64,000 nucleotides of DNA. Origin: Tubulanus polymorphus (lineage: Eukaryota; Animalia; Nemertea). Positions 1 to 12,500 of the stretch are shown here, piece after piece (positions within the stretch are counted from its first letter, which is position 1; every line of letters begins with the position of its first letter). Location of the stretch: positions 6,076,001-6,140,000 of the forward strand of contig NC_134025.1 in the NCBI RefSeq assembly GCF_964204645.1, written 5' to 3'. Below the pieces are notes generated by a model that saw nothing but the letters and a program-made list of their open reading frames with translations, was not told the origin of the DNA and searched no databases. A program made the position numbers and the translations under genes.

Positions 1-3000
1 TGTGACCAGTAGCTGGTGTACGGCGTCTCCCGCAGCAAGAATCAGCCCCGTACCAGGCGCACACAATAGTCGATAGAACCCTCAGATGGCTAGGGTCACC
101 GGGCTTTACCTGATAATTATAGTATCGTGTATTTTGTGATTTGTTGGTAAACACACAATCAAAAGATGCTTATCTCGTATATTGGACCTAATTGAATCGG
201 GTGAAACGACTTCCTCCATCAGGGGGCTTCTTTTTAATTGACATAGAGAGATAGTATATCGAATGAACAGAATGGGTTGAGTAATTTTTCCCATGGATCC
301 ACGTGCAAATGCAATAACTTCCTCTTATTTTGAATAGAAATATATTAATCTCGATCGCACAATTAGCTCGTTAAACGATTAATGTAGATCTGATAATTTT
401 ATTGTTAAGTAAAGTATAGGAAGAGGGTTTTAAGAATCAGCTTCGCGTTTACATCTCGAACTCGTTGAAGAGCCAAGTTGTGTAAACTATATGGAATTAA
501 TGTCGAAACATTGAACATAAATCCCTGTGAATTGGCATATTTCTATTATCTAACTGTATCCGTCCGTAAGCGAGCACCAATTTATTAATCCGTCGGATAG
601 AATGATGATTTTTCGCATGCGTTCACGGGACGAATAAGAAGTTTTAGATGGCATACGGTAGGCTTCACTCGGCCCTTCCTCGTTAATCGTTACAACGGCG
701 CGATGAATAGAGCGACGTTATTGAAGGGGATGTATCCGTGAAAGCGTTTTTAAGCCCCAGTACAAGAGATTGGGTACAGCTGACCGAAAAACGTTTTATC
801 TCGGCTCACAAAAGACGTTTTATATTTTACAGTTAATTTGTCGACGACAATGCGCGCGCGGATAAGATTTAACCGAGTTTTAGGAGGTGTATTCGTCGTC
901 GTAGAATGATCGGTATTGTTATAACCACCGGCTTCCTCTTCTAGAGTGCCATTTCCGACACCTTCGCGTCGACGATGCATTTGAGAATTCCCATCAGCGA
1001 TCGTCTGGCGATTATAGCGACATGAGTTGATCAACAAAGAAAAAGATTCATCTTTGGGGGCTTTGCTGAAATTCGAAGCCTAACCCGATCCCCAGCTTAA
1101 TTTGACTTCAGTAATTTTTTTGTGCATGTAGATAACATAATCTTGATAAACCGTATTTTTGTTGACTAACGAATTAAAGAAAACGATCAGTACTTTCATC
1201 AGGTATTTGATCCTAATCTAGAATTTCATGCTGGGTTGACACAGTCTACAGCGCATGGAACACGCTAGAGGTAATGCCAGCGGCGGAATTACAGATGACA
1301 GCGACAAAAGTCAAAGAACGCGCGGTACAGAAATTCAGCCGAGATAATTGGGCGAATTACGGGCAACGATGTCGGTACGCAGAGAACGTTTCAGTCCGAC
1401 AATTAGCAAATTACCAAGGCGGGCTTGACTGAATAACGGAACTTAAGTGATTCTCTGAGTTCTTTTACCTGGCGATTAACGACTAGGTGAGAGTTATAGA
1501 GCCCGTCTAAGATCACCGTGAAGAGCACGTCCCATACAAGATAACAACCCTCTCCACGACGGTCGAGATTTCGCCGAGTATCGATGACTGTTATGGTGCC
1601 GGAAGCCGGTAGTCTAACGAAGCCACTTCGAGCCGACTTGCTGGTACTTCTTCGGGTCTCAGATCTGCGAAAAAAAGAACTGAATTGAGGCGGTATAATT
1701 CACATGCCTGACTTGAATACGTAATGATTAAGCCAATGCAGGGTGTGGTCGACCGCGTCATGTACGTTATCGCTTTCTTTCGCTCTGCTTTTTTCAAATC
1801 TCATGTTGACCTTAAACATGCGTGTATATATCTAGATATTTTGACACGTATATATTCATCCATCCAAACTGATAATAATAATCGTCCCTATAATCTAATA
1901 GTATCGACGAATAAGCAAGTTAGTTTGAATTTTGGGGGAATAGGAACTAATTGAACTAACTTTTCTGCAGTGCTACTCCGCGCGTGCGGTACATGTCAAC
2001 CTGGAACCACTTTCAGACAAGCGTGAAAACATAGGGAAACTGTCGGTTAAATACGTACTATGAATGTTTTGATCATTAATTGCATGAAGTGTGAGATTAG
2101 TCTTGTCAGAAGTGGGCGTCTTTATCCGAAACTCAGGTGTGAATTCAAGGCCCGTCAATCAACTTATTATTAAGAATCTTATAGTATACATACAATCACA
2201 GTGCTGTAGGGTTTTTAGTAATAATCTGAAGGGTTTTTCATACTGTGGGGTTTATTTGTTTGTCACAGTTAGTGAGGTAGTTGACTGGAACGGTACGGTG
2301 AATGCAGTTTGATTGTTCGTGATGATTGTGAAAATGTCGTGGATTATGTATTTTTCTAGCAATTATAACTTTGCACAGCGCATAGCTGCCGTAAATGCCC
2401 TAATATTTGATAAGACAAGCCTCGATTTTGGGTCACTGGTTTTATTTAACACGGCCTGGACCAGATCCGAAAAGTCATAAGACCTCGAATGACAGTGTCA
2501 GATGTTTGGCATCTAAAATTTCAGTTTGACCTATAACTTTTTGTCCAGACCCAGGAAATCAATTTCATTTTGTTGATTGTAGAGGAATTTCATCTTGCTT
2601 TGAAACTACTCTACGTATGTATAATGAATATTCTGATAATTTTGTGAATTTATTAGATGAATAACGGTAACCGTGATCGCAGTTATTAAAAATGTGAACA
2701 TGTCAGTCAAGATGTGTTAATCTTTCATGTGAAATGAAGTCCTGACGGGGAACTTAAAGGCACAATCAACGCGATTGTAGGTTTGCGTTACATTCTTAAC
2801 AAACGGGGGTCCGTGTCCCCCGCTCGGCCCAGGTGTGAGTATAAAGGGCCTAGCAGCGGGGAGCGAGCTACGGACCTGACCACGTGAAAGGGCTCCTTAA
2901 CTGATTCTACGAATATTCTCTCCATAAAGATCTTGCTATTGTGCAGGTTTTTCATAGTTCAGGTTGCGTTCAATAAAGGTTTTATACAGACTATTTAATC

Positions 3001-5361
3001 TTTTCAATGTGTACTAAACACTTTCCGTTGTGTCTTGTAAATTAACCTATAATTTAGAGTGCTGTGAGAGTATGTTGTAATTTATCAGTTAATCGAGGTG
3101 TAATTCGTGTATAAAGACACCAGTCACACTGTCGATAGATTCCATAACGAATATATATTTTCAAAAATAACAACACTATTGATGTACGCATATGACATAA
3201 AATGACAATGTAAAGATTTCTGACTATTCATTTTCAATTGCATGTTTATACATGTTCACCGTACAAGCAATAAAACAATAGGACATAAAGAGTAAATGTA
3301 GATGTTCAAAACTTCAGCTGAATCGAAGTCGATTCATCGTGTTGTTTCATTAATACAAGAAAAAAGCAGATGAAACCAAGTATATTCGATTATTAACGGG
3401 AGCCTTCGGCAAAATCGTCCCCCGTTAGATCACTGTTTTCTAGCGGCGGGGGACATATCTTACTGCCCGGTAGCTATATACGGGTACAGGAATACCTGCT
3501 GATTCAGAGACCGATTTCTCGGTGAAACCATGATCATTTCGTGGTTCGCGATTAGCTTCATCTCGGGGCAAAGAACGAACTTCATTCTTTCGCGAGCGGA
3601 TAATAAACTCGCGTAATAACGCGTGATTCTCGATTCTTCTTGCCTCCTGCATCGGACCGACACATGTCTCCATTCACAATAACAATTTAGGCAGAAATTC
3701 GTAATTAATTGATATAATAATTTGTTCGATGCAGGTATAAACGATTGCTCGACGATGAGCGCGTTGTATTAAATCATAGACACGTTCCTCATTAGTCGGT
3801 CTTACTCGATGATTATAGTCTAGATGCAGTTTTGCATAATAAGTCGTATGGCCTCTCAGCATGGCCACCGGTGTTCTCATGGCAGGATTCTTTAACGATC
3901 ACTTGTAATTAATTGACTTTTCGTATTGCATCTTTTTTTCTTCTGTCAATCGGAGATGAGTTGGAAAAAACGTGTCATATCGACGAAGGTAAACTCTAGA
4001 GGATAAACCATGAATGTGGAAGCAGTCTGTGGAGCTTCATACTTACTTATATACCATTCAGCTGTGAATATATTACATATACGACACGATTCAAATGATT
4101 TGAAGGAAATCTGAAGTCCTTCAATTATACCGGTATGTCGGGTAGTTTCTGTAGATCTTTGTAGTTGTTATTACATTATTCTGCAAGAAAATTACTTTGG
4201 AAAAGTTACGATGTACTATGATCTGATTTTTGTATAGTTTGATTGGATTAACGACGTGATTTCCATCCGTTCGTAGCACCTGTTTCTCCCCAGAGAAAGT
4301 AATTAACAAACGTTTGGTAATTCTTGATATCGGCCAATCAGCACGCCCGTTAGTTTACTCAAGTCTTGACGAAGATGGATAAGAAAAGCAGCCACACTAA
4401 CACGGTGCGGTCACTCAGTACTCCGCACGAAGATGGATCTGCGGTTATAAGCAAAGTTGTTACGTATATCCGCAAACGATAAGGTCTGATCAATTCATTT
4501 GTTGATTTGACGGGAAAAGATCAGTTTTGTTGAGAATCTTTATATTTTACAATCCAAAAAACTTTGTTATAAATATGCTACACCCTTTCACCACAACTTG
4601 TACGATGTATTTTTGATATTTTCAAAATACGTATCTTTATATCATTCATTTCCTCCTTGTTTTGAAAAGGTGGCTAACGATGATTCTTTTCTTCAGGGGT
4701 AATTCGCCCATTACGATTTTATGGACTGCACGTTAACTGGGGAACTATTGGTAGCAGATGTCAGCTCACTATGAATTCATTTATCGCACAGTCAGGGTGA
4801 CGATCAAAACTCGCACGACCGAGTGATACTAATGAATTCATGTCCGAAGTTCATTGCAAAGCGCTTTGATCTCGGCTTCAAATCGGGAGATTTGTTCTCT
4901 AGATTAATTATTACGTATAGCGGAACAACGATTACGATGCAACGCCCATCGATTAAGCTACCATTCCGAACCACGGAGAATCTTTTAATACTAGACACAT
5001 TTCTCGATCGACAAAATACAATATTTCAGTGGTCATTAATGAGTCTGTTCTATGAAGAAAAATTACATTTCTCATTTTAGAATGAAACACTTATTATGCC
5101 GTTATATATATGTAAGAAACGTTCATTTCATATCATTTCTTATATGAACATATGATCTGCACAGACGACCCTGGAGAGAATAGTGTCAACATGTAATATT
5201 TATTACTCGGTATTCCAAACTGTAGCATCTTCGATAACAAACTAATGAAGAACAGACGAGCTAAATCTATGTCCTGAACGCTTTCGTTACATTTTTTATT
5301 TAAGAAAAATATGAAAGATCTTTACCTTTAGAAAAAATAATTCACATTCAGTACATTTATG

Positions 5362-5385
5362 TATATATATATATATATATATATA
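5362..5385. repeat. (TA)n microsatellite
   Basis: Uninterrupted TA run. Confidence 0.9.
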
Positions 5386-5877
5386 AAGGGAGATTCTAGA
5401 AATCAGTTAATGAGAGCAGAGGCTCCATTCAGGATCCTGACCTGCGTGACTACAAAGCACACAGTCACTTCAGGTGTTGGAAATAATCCCCACGCGGAAA
5501 GCAAAACATTGTTTTAACCTCGTGTCACACAATAATCCGATATAACACGTAAATGGGACAGGTAAAAATGCCCGTTAATCCGCATTAACATCTCTCGGGC
5601 ATTATCTAAACACTGGTAACCGGATAAACGACGAAGGGTCTACTTAGACGATGATTCTTAATCAACAGTAAAATAAATATGACGACAAAAATGTGATTAA
5701 ATCCTTCTATTTGCGTGCGATCTCTTTCACTGCTTTAACGCACCGTTTCGTCATTGTGAGGTTTTGCAGTGTTCACGATGTTCATGGTGAACTCATTTTG
5801 AGTATTTTTTTAGTATATATGTCGTTGCATCTTTCCGCAATAGGCTTTCGTATCATAGCTCGCTTCCTCTATTGAAC

Positions 5878-5907
5878 CATGGACTCTAAAACGATTTAGA
5901 GTCCACG
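5878..5907. mobile_element. 30-bp hairpin mini-transposon (TIR-only MITE) with a 7-bp target-site duplication
   Basis: ATTGAAC|CATGGACTCTAAA-ACGA-TTTAGAGTCCACG|ATTGAAC: 13-bp inverted arms with one mismatch, and an identical 7-mer on both sides (5871-5877, 5908-5914). Confidence 0.6.
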
Positions 5908-6059
5908 ATTGAACCTATGCCTCTTCGTTCATCGTATAGGCCTAAACCGGACAAGACGAAAGAATCAGTTCCCACGGTTGAATATTCCCAACAGAGACCG
6001 TAATATGGCCGTGGCGTCAAGCTGCAGGAGAACTTCATAGAGTTTTATAATCCATGATG

Positions 6060-6520
6060 AATATTCCAAATAACCGAGTCTAATTCTATTTGACTGGATC
6101 CGACGTCAAAATACTCTACACGGTATCTACATCCACTAAATCGTTAGTTGTTTCACATTCATTCCAGTGATAATATAAAATGCGTCCCGGCATCTTATGG
6201 TGGGATAAGCCAGGAAATCTTGATTTTTATCATTTGCTGTGACCGTGTTCTGCATCGTCTGACAGTCAGAATTCTGATGTTGGGGAAACGAGCTTTCCAG
6301 TCCTTTATATATTGTCAGTAGCGTTCCTTTAGCACCTCTTGTGCTCTATCTTTAGACTGTTATCGTGTGCCTCTCTCTGCCCCTTCAATCGACTCCTTGT
6401 CTCTTGTGTAAAAACCCTCTGAAATGGCCTCGACAGCGAACGTAGATTTATAAAAGTGGGAAAAGTGGTTTATATAGTCTGGAGGGTGCATCTTTATTCA
6501 TTTTCTTACACGAGTGCTGG
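6060..6520 (-). mobile_element. Heavily decayed 3' end of a CR1/L2-like LINE
   Basis: The minus strand reads, with frameshifts and in the expected order, NKDAPSRLYK, DKESIEGAERGTR and a TGGAAT...GTGGATGTAGATACCGTG stretch. These resemble the CR1 C-terminal motifs LYK, IExVQRRATR and WNxLPxxVVxAxTV. Judged by eye only. Confidence 0.3.
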
Positions 6521-9500
6521 GTATTATGGAGCGCAAAGAAGAGTTCTTCAGTCAACTCAACCCTCGATGGCTCTCGTTCGTTCTACAGTGAAGGGTTCTC
6601 TCGTGAAATCTCGTCTTGGCGAGAGTAGGGCACTGCAGGCGACAGCAGTCTAGATGGATAACGATTCGGCTGAAACAAAATGGAGATAGACGGTTATACG
6701 TTTACCATTATCATTCTTGGGATGGCATGGTCTCGCATATTGTTATAGAAGCCATATTTGATTTAGATTTTGAGATTTCTCTCACCGGATCGTGTCTGTA
6801 TTAATTACATCGAAATCCGAGTGACAGAAAAGCGTATATAAAACATCTCAGTAACTATTCTTTGTACGTTCTAGTGTGGCATGGTCAAGTGTTGTATTTA
6901 TACAGGATCAGATGACACTTCGAAGATTTGTCTCGGTATTTACGCCAGGAGTGGACTTCCGAAATTTGACTCTTAAGAGGTTAACGGAAATCTAATCATA
7001 CCATCATATCATAATGAATGAATTCTATATGACGCCTGCTGGCTGCTGACCATGTTTGTATATCCGGAAGATATGGTTATTCTATATTCTATACCCTTCA
7101 AATCGAGTCACTCAGTGGCAATAATGCATAAAAATATATTTTTATAGGGTTTTCATTCCAACTTTTATGATACAAATTATTGCTTTCTTTTTTTCTATTC
7201 ACGGGGTTTGGTTTATAGGGATTGGCCATGGCTCGATGGGCAAACCTCGGAAGACTTTCAGATGATTTGATATGATGTTTTCCGCATAAAAAATCTATTT
7301 CATATCATATCTCAGGGGAATTTCCAGTCCGAATAAGAATAGGGTCAAGTCAGAAGGCCGCCTTGATTTGTTAAATTTGTTGCATGGCCAAAATTAGCTT
7401 AGCTATGTCTACAATTTTCCATCAATAAAATAGATTACTACGTAGGAAGTATCAGCAATCTTTGAATACATTCTTCCAATCCAAATATGAGTTCACATTG
7501 AATACGAGTGCATTTTAAGATTTGATACGGAAAAGAAAATGTTGGTGTTCTGTACAAGTAAAAGCTTTATTTCAAAGAAAAATTTATGCATTTATTCACA
7601 GTAAACCGATCTTATGTCACATTGAGGAGTTCGCATGAGGCTAGTTGTTTACCTACAAGCTGTGACCACATCAAGGACAAAGTCATCCGCAGCTCAAACT
7701 GTTAAAACCCTCTTGAGCGTTTTAAAAGGAACATTAAAACTTTCGAGAACAGATAAGCCTTTAACTTTGTTTGTTTTCGTCACAAAACAGCTGCTTACTA
7801 TGATGCTTTTTCTCTAGTTTCGGTGCATGAACATAAAACCTGTGCAAATTGACTCAGTTTTCGAGTTCGTTTGTTTTGTTTTAGTTCGACAAAAATGGGA
7901 CTGGTCAAAATCAAACACGACGACAATGCGAATACAATGAATGGATGTGATTACGGACGAGTAAATCATTGTTTTAGTCGCTGTTGACATCAAGAGTCAG
8001 GACAACGATTAAACTATTCACTATGCCCCAAATACTGCGTACAGATTTTCGGGTGACATTTCATCCATCTCGAGTTAATAGTTTAGATAATTCTGTAAAG
8101 TTCAGATATATCCGATTTCGGAAGTCATTTTGAGAGCCGTTTAAGAGGCTTTAGATAGATAGGATACTGACGTTGAATGAATGACATTTTTCGCAAAATG
8201 CATGCACACATAAATGGCCAATTCCCATCGTTCTAGAAATTGCAGAGGATTTTTACACGATTTTTCATACATTCTACTATGGACATTATGTCCCAATCGG
8301 ATACAATTAATCATGAATTTTCGAAATTCATTTATTTAGATGCTAGCATCAATACGCAAGTATGAAACCAACTCGACGGTTCTGCCAACTTCCGCTCATA
8401 TTCCGCATTTTCGCGCGGTCCACAAACCACTGTCGCATGCAATGCGCAGTACGGTCGTGCGCACCTAGGTTAACTGCTGTTTTGTTTTACCGACGAACGT
8501 GTTCGACAATTAATCAAAGTTTGGGCGAATTGTCGAGAGCTCTCCAGTTTTTCCCGTAATTAACGGTTCTCTTTGCGACAGACTCGTGCGCACACTCGAG
8601 TGATACTTGAAGACGTTTGCGAGGGGAACATTTTCGTAAATTTATAATGAGCCAAGGTTTGTATTCTGGTTTCAAATCGTCTGCCTCCGGGACGTGATTT
8701 ATTTAGTAAATATCTCGGCTGTCAGACAGAATCCATTGCGCCTGCTACTCAAACACGATGGCGAGGGCCTCTTCAAAACGCCAGTTCAGTTTGTTCTTAG
8801 ATAGTAGGGTTTTGGTTGCATCATTTATTTTGGGCTATTCAAACATACCTTACACGTGTTCAGTTTCCAAACCCTTTGAACTATGACTTCAAATCTTACC
8901 TCATGTCTTTTTTTATCTTTGATGCTGATGTATGTACAAACGAGATACAAGAAAAATTGGTTTCCCCAAGCTGGAGATCCAAGAGTCCCCCCCCCCCCCA
9001 CTGTCCCCTATACATTGATCACCAAAGTCAAAGCTGACGAGTTTCAGTAAGAACGACTCAAATCCGATTATTACCATGCGTGTCAAAACGATTGTACTTC
9101 TAGTGCTTTTTGTGCTTATCGTGGGACCCCTGCAGTCTTGCGACCCGACCATTAAAACATTAAACTGTGTCGTGTGAGGGATCCATCGAGAAAACACGAA
9201 ATAGTAATGCCACTTCTAGAAAAAGTGTTCGGTCAAGTGAGTTTCCTGAACTTCACGCTTCGTGTTGTCTTCTTTCACACTGAGATAATAACCATATCTC
9301 GTATACTCTTCGTTGTCAAAACCGAGTTTAGCAGATGTTTCCACAAATTACGTTACGTCACCTATCCGTCGTCCTTTTCATCCGTGGCGAGGTCTCGTTA
9401 TAATTTGTTTATTCAAATCAGAATTGCTGACAAGACTCCGGTTAAATCGAGCATTTTCCGCCATTTATCCGGTTAAATTATTTTAGAATCGTGCGCCCAA

Positions 9501-12500
9501 CTACGCGCTAATTAGTCCAATATAGACCCGTGTATATTTAATCAGCCGCGATGCGGTAGAGTTAATTTTTGATGGTGCCAGCTAAAGATCGGGATGACAG
9601 CCTGGCAACGTGGACCGCGATCAGACCGGCACAAAGGCATGATTCGCATGCCTGTAGGGACAGCCCAGCGGGTTTGCTTTTCGACGCGTGATTTCTCTCG
9701 CCTGCCCACGGACATTATAAAGACCGCGAAACTAAACATGAAATTATTTTATTACGGTCATTAGAACTAGTATTAACCGGTGCGAATTAATAAAAGGATC
9801 GAGAGTTAATCATATTCCCAATCGACACCTGCCTCGAACGTCATGATTACGTCACAAACTTCAATCTTGTTCAGCATCTTGAGACGTTATCATTTCGAGA
9901 GGCCACTTCTCATCTGAATTTTGTGTGGTCGGGAATCTGTAAGGAGACTCAAGGCAAATTACTAAATAAATTTCGTTTTCTTAGAATCACTGCACCACCT
10001 GTCCCCTGAATTCACCATCCTCCAAGGTACAGAGGCGATGAACTATGAATTGTTAAATGAAATAGAATATCGCGTCGGAATTGAACGCCACACCTGAGTT
10101 AGAATTTTCAACGACCGCAGTCGTACTGATCGTGGACCATGAACCCGATTTGTCGAAAAAGTTCCTGTGAAGAAATTCTGAGAAGGTCTCTCGTATGAAA
10201 TTCGATATGTTTACCAAGTTGTTATTTTCACATGGTGCGTTATTGAACATGTCGAAGCTGCAAGTGAAACAGGAACCGGCGTTTATTTGCTCGTCATGAA
10301 ACGTACACCGCGCGTACAGTGGATGACAACCGAAGGAAATGTATTTCTGAAGAGGCTCCATCACCGACCGTGTCACGTCATTGTCTTCCTGGGATCTTCG
10401 ATGAAATTCACGAGCAGACGATCGTAGAAAAATAACGTTCGTGAACTGACATATCCGTTATGGTATCGTGTCATCATATCACTTTAAAGACCGACCCTAA
10501 AACCGTTCTTTATGTCATCAGTTTCCCGTATTTTGTTTCATCTTTCATATATTGCGTGTAGTTTATACTTCCTGAAGATATCGTGTCAGGAAGGAGACGA
10601 AACGCTCGCCGGAACATTACGCAATAAGGCTAGACCACTAATCGATAGTTTAAGACCTACAATTTTAATATTTGGTCTAAGTCCTGATTGCAGAACCGGG
10701 CCCTGATATGGGTCATGTTGTTTTCTTATCATTTATAGACAAAATGTCACGAAACTAAAAAAACTACTAATTCAATATGCCCCGAAAACTAAATGAATGA
10801 AAAGTTGGAGTTATGAAATATTGCCAACGGTAGACACTTCAACATGAAATTGCCTCGCACCAGGAGACCGACCTATCATCATTAAAATCTCATAGAAACT
10901 CGTTAATTTGCCCAATTACGATAACCTTGAAGAATGAAAAAAATGATTGGACTCGGAACGGAAAGTGTACGGTGTCTCAGATGAGGATGTATGGATCAAA
11001 CCCTGCTTTTCGCGAATGGTGGTCAAACAAAAGGTGCAGTTCGTTTCGAAAAGTCCAGTAAGTCGTGCGCTATTTCGGCGTTCTGTAGATTAAATCACTG
11101 TGACATCTTTCAGAATTTCAAACTTTCTCTCGCCTCTAAACCAACAAACCGTCAGCAATGAACGGTTTCCTCTATTAGTTCCTGGCTGATTAAGAAGTTA
11201 CCAGCCAAGTACGACACACTCGTTTAATATTGTCGCACCTGCTTAACACATTCGTAAATCACTGCAACGTGTCTTGGCTCACGAACTATATTAGCAGTGA
11301 GAAGTTAAACGTAAACCGTAATATTTGCTCCAAGAACGTGCGTCTATTAATGTTCGCCCATTTCTCTCATCGGGAGGGAGGACGACTCTTTTATATGGCG
11401 CGGTACTATTCGTATTTTCGAGGCAGATCAGAGAATGACGAAACGTACTTATAGAAATCACATTCTATTATTGGCCATTTTAAAGTTTCGGGGACATTTT
11501 CGATGGTTAATATTTCGTGTACGTCTCGATGAAATCTTTCGAATCGAAATTTCAAAATGTAGCTAAGCGTGAAAAAACTGCGCGCGCATTAATACCGGAC
11601 ATGGAACTCAATTAGGCCTGGTAATGAAAGTCGATTAGAAGTCCCTCTTCTCAGGATGCGCATTGTAGGGAAGCAATTAGTGCTACATCCGAGAAAAACA
11701 GCCGCTATCGGATACAGTTTGGCTTGCTAGCTCTCCAATTTTTGATTCCTTCCCCGGGATAAGGGCTCTTAACACAGATCGCTCTCCATTAATTTCACTG
11801 AACAAATACTCGACTATGCTACCATTAAAGTTTCCCATATCTCGGCATATGATATGCAGGTATATGAACTCGGGCACTCTATTGACACATGTATCCAGGC
11901 TGTCATCTTGGGCCTCTTCATTTCCGCGGGATCTAGATCGAGTAGGGGACACCCTCATTGAGTTGTGTTACGAAGGCAGGACACGTATAACAAGCACGTG
12001 TTTGGAATAGACGTATATATAGCGAGCTATTTTTCCGGGTGACATTCCTTTATTGTTTATTTTTTACACATGCCATTTTTCAATTATCGTACTCGAACTA
12101 TTATTGCGAACTGCTCGAATCTGAAAAAGCATAAACCTTTTTATAGATTACGTGCAAATGTTAAATTAGGATTTGATATCCGGTTTTGCTTGAACTAACT
12201 CGATATTATACAGTTCAAATCGAAACTCTGAGGATGGAAAATGAATGGGACTCGTAAAGTGTTTGATGCGTCAGTTGTATCTACCAGTCACGTTCTAATC
12301 GAAAGAACCATTGAATAAATGCAGCTTCCTGTGGAGATGAACATCGGTTTTTGAATCGCTGTCGTTAGTATCACGCAAACATCCCACAGAGCACTTAACT
12401 ACTTTGTTAATTATTGACCTCGCTATCCCCGTCTTCATTCGTCATTAGATAATCTGGTGGTAGATTCAACAATCTTTTCTTTTCAAACTTTTTCATTAAA

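Noticed and set aside
1-109. GC-rich possible exon at the window edge
   Set aside because: Weak acceptor context and no recognisable translation. Too little sequence to call.
2273-2320. let-7-like seed TGAGGTAGTTG
   Set aside because: Only the 5' end matches. The putative hairpin depends mostly on G-U pairs and lacks a let-7-type star arm.
2740-3020. Solo-LTR-like segment (GC-rich, TATAAA at ~2840, AATAAA at ~2972)
   Set aside because: No TG...CA termini with a matching TSD could be defined, and there is no second copy in the window.
9034-9060. Hammerhead-like CTGACGA-GTTTCAGTAAGAAC-GACTC
   Set aside because: The required GAAA is replaced by GACT and no stem I or III is evident. At best a dead remnant.
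10572-10612. Hammerhead-like CTGAAGA...GAGAC-GAAACGCTC
   Set aside because: Stem II is imperfect and offset 4 nt from the core, and there is no convincing stem I.
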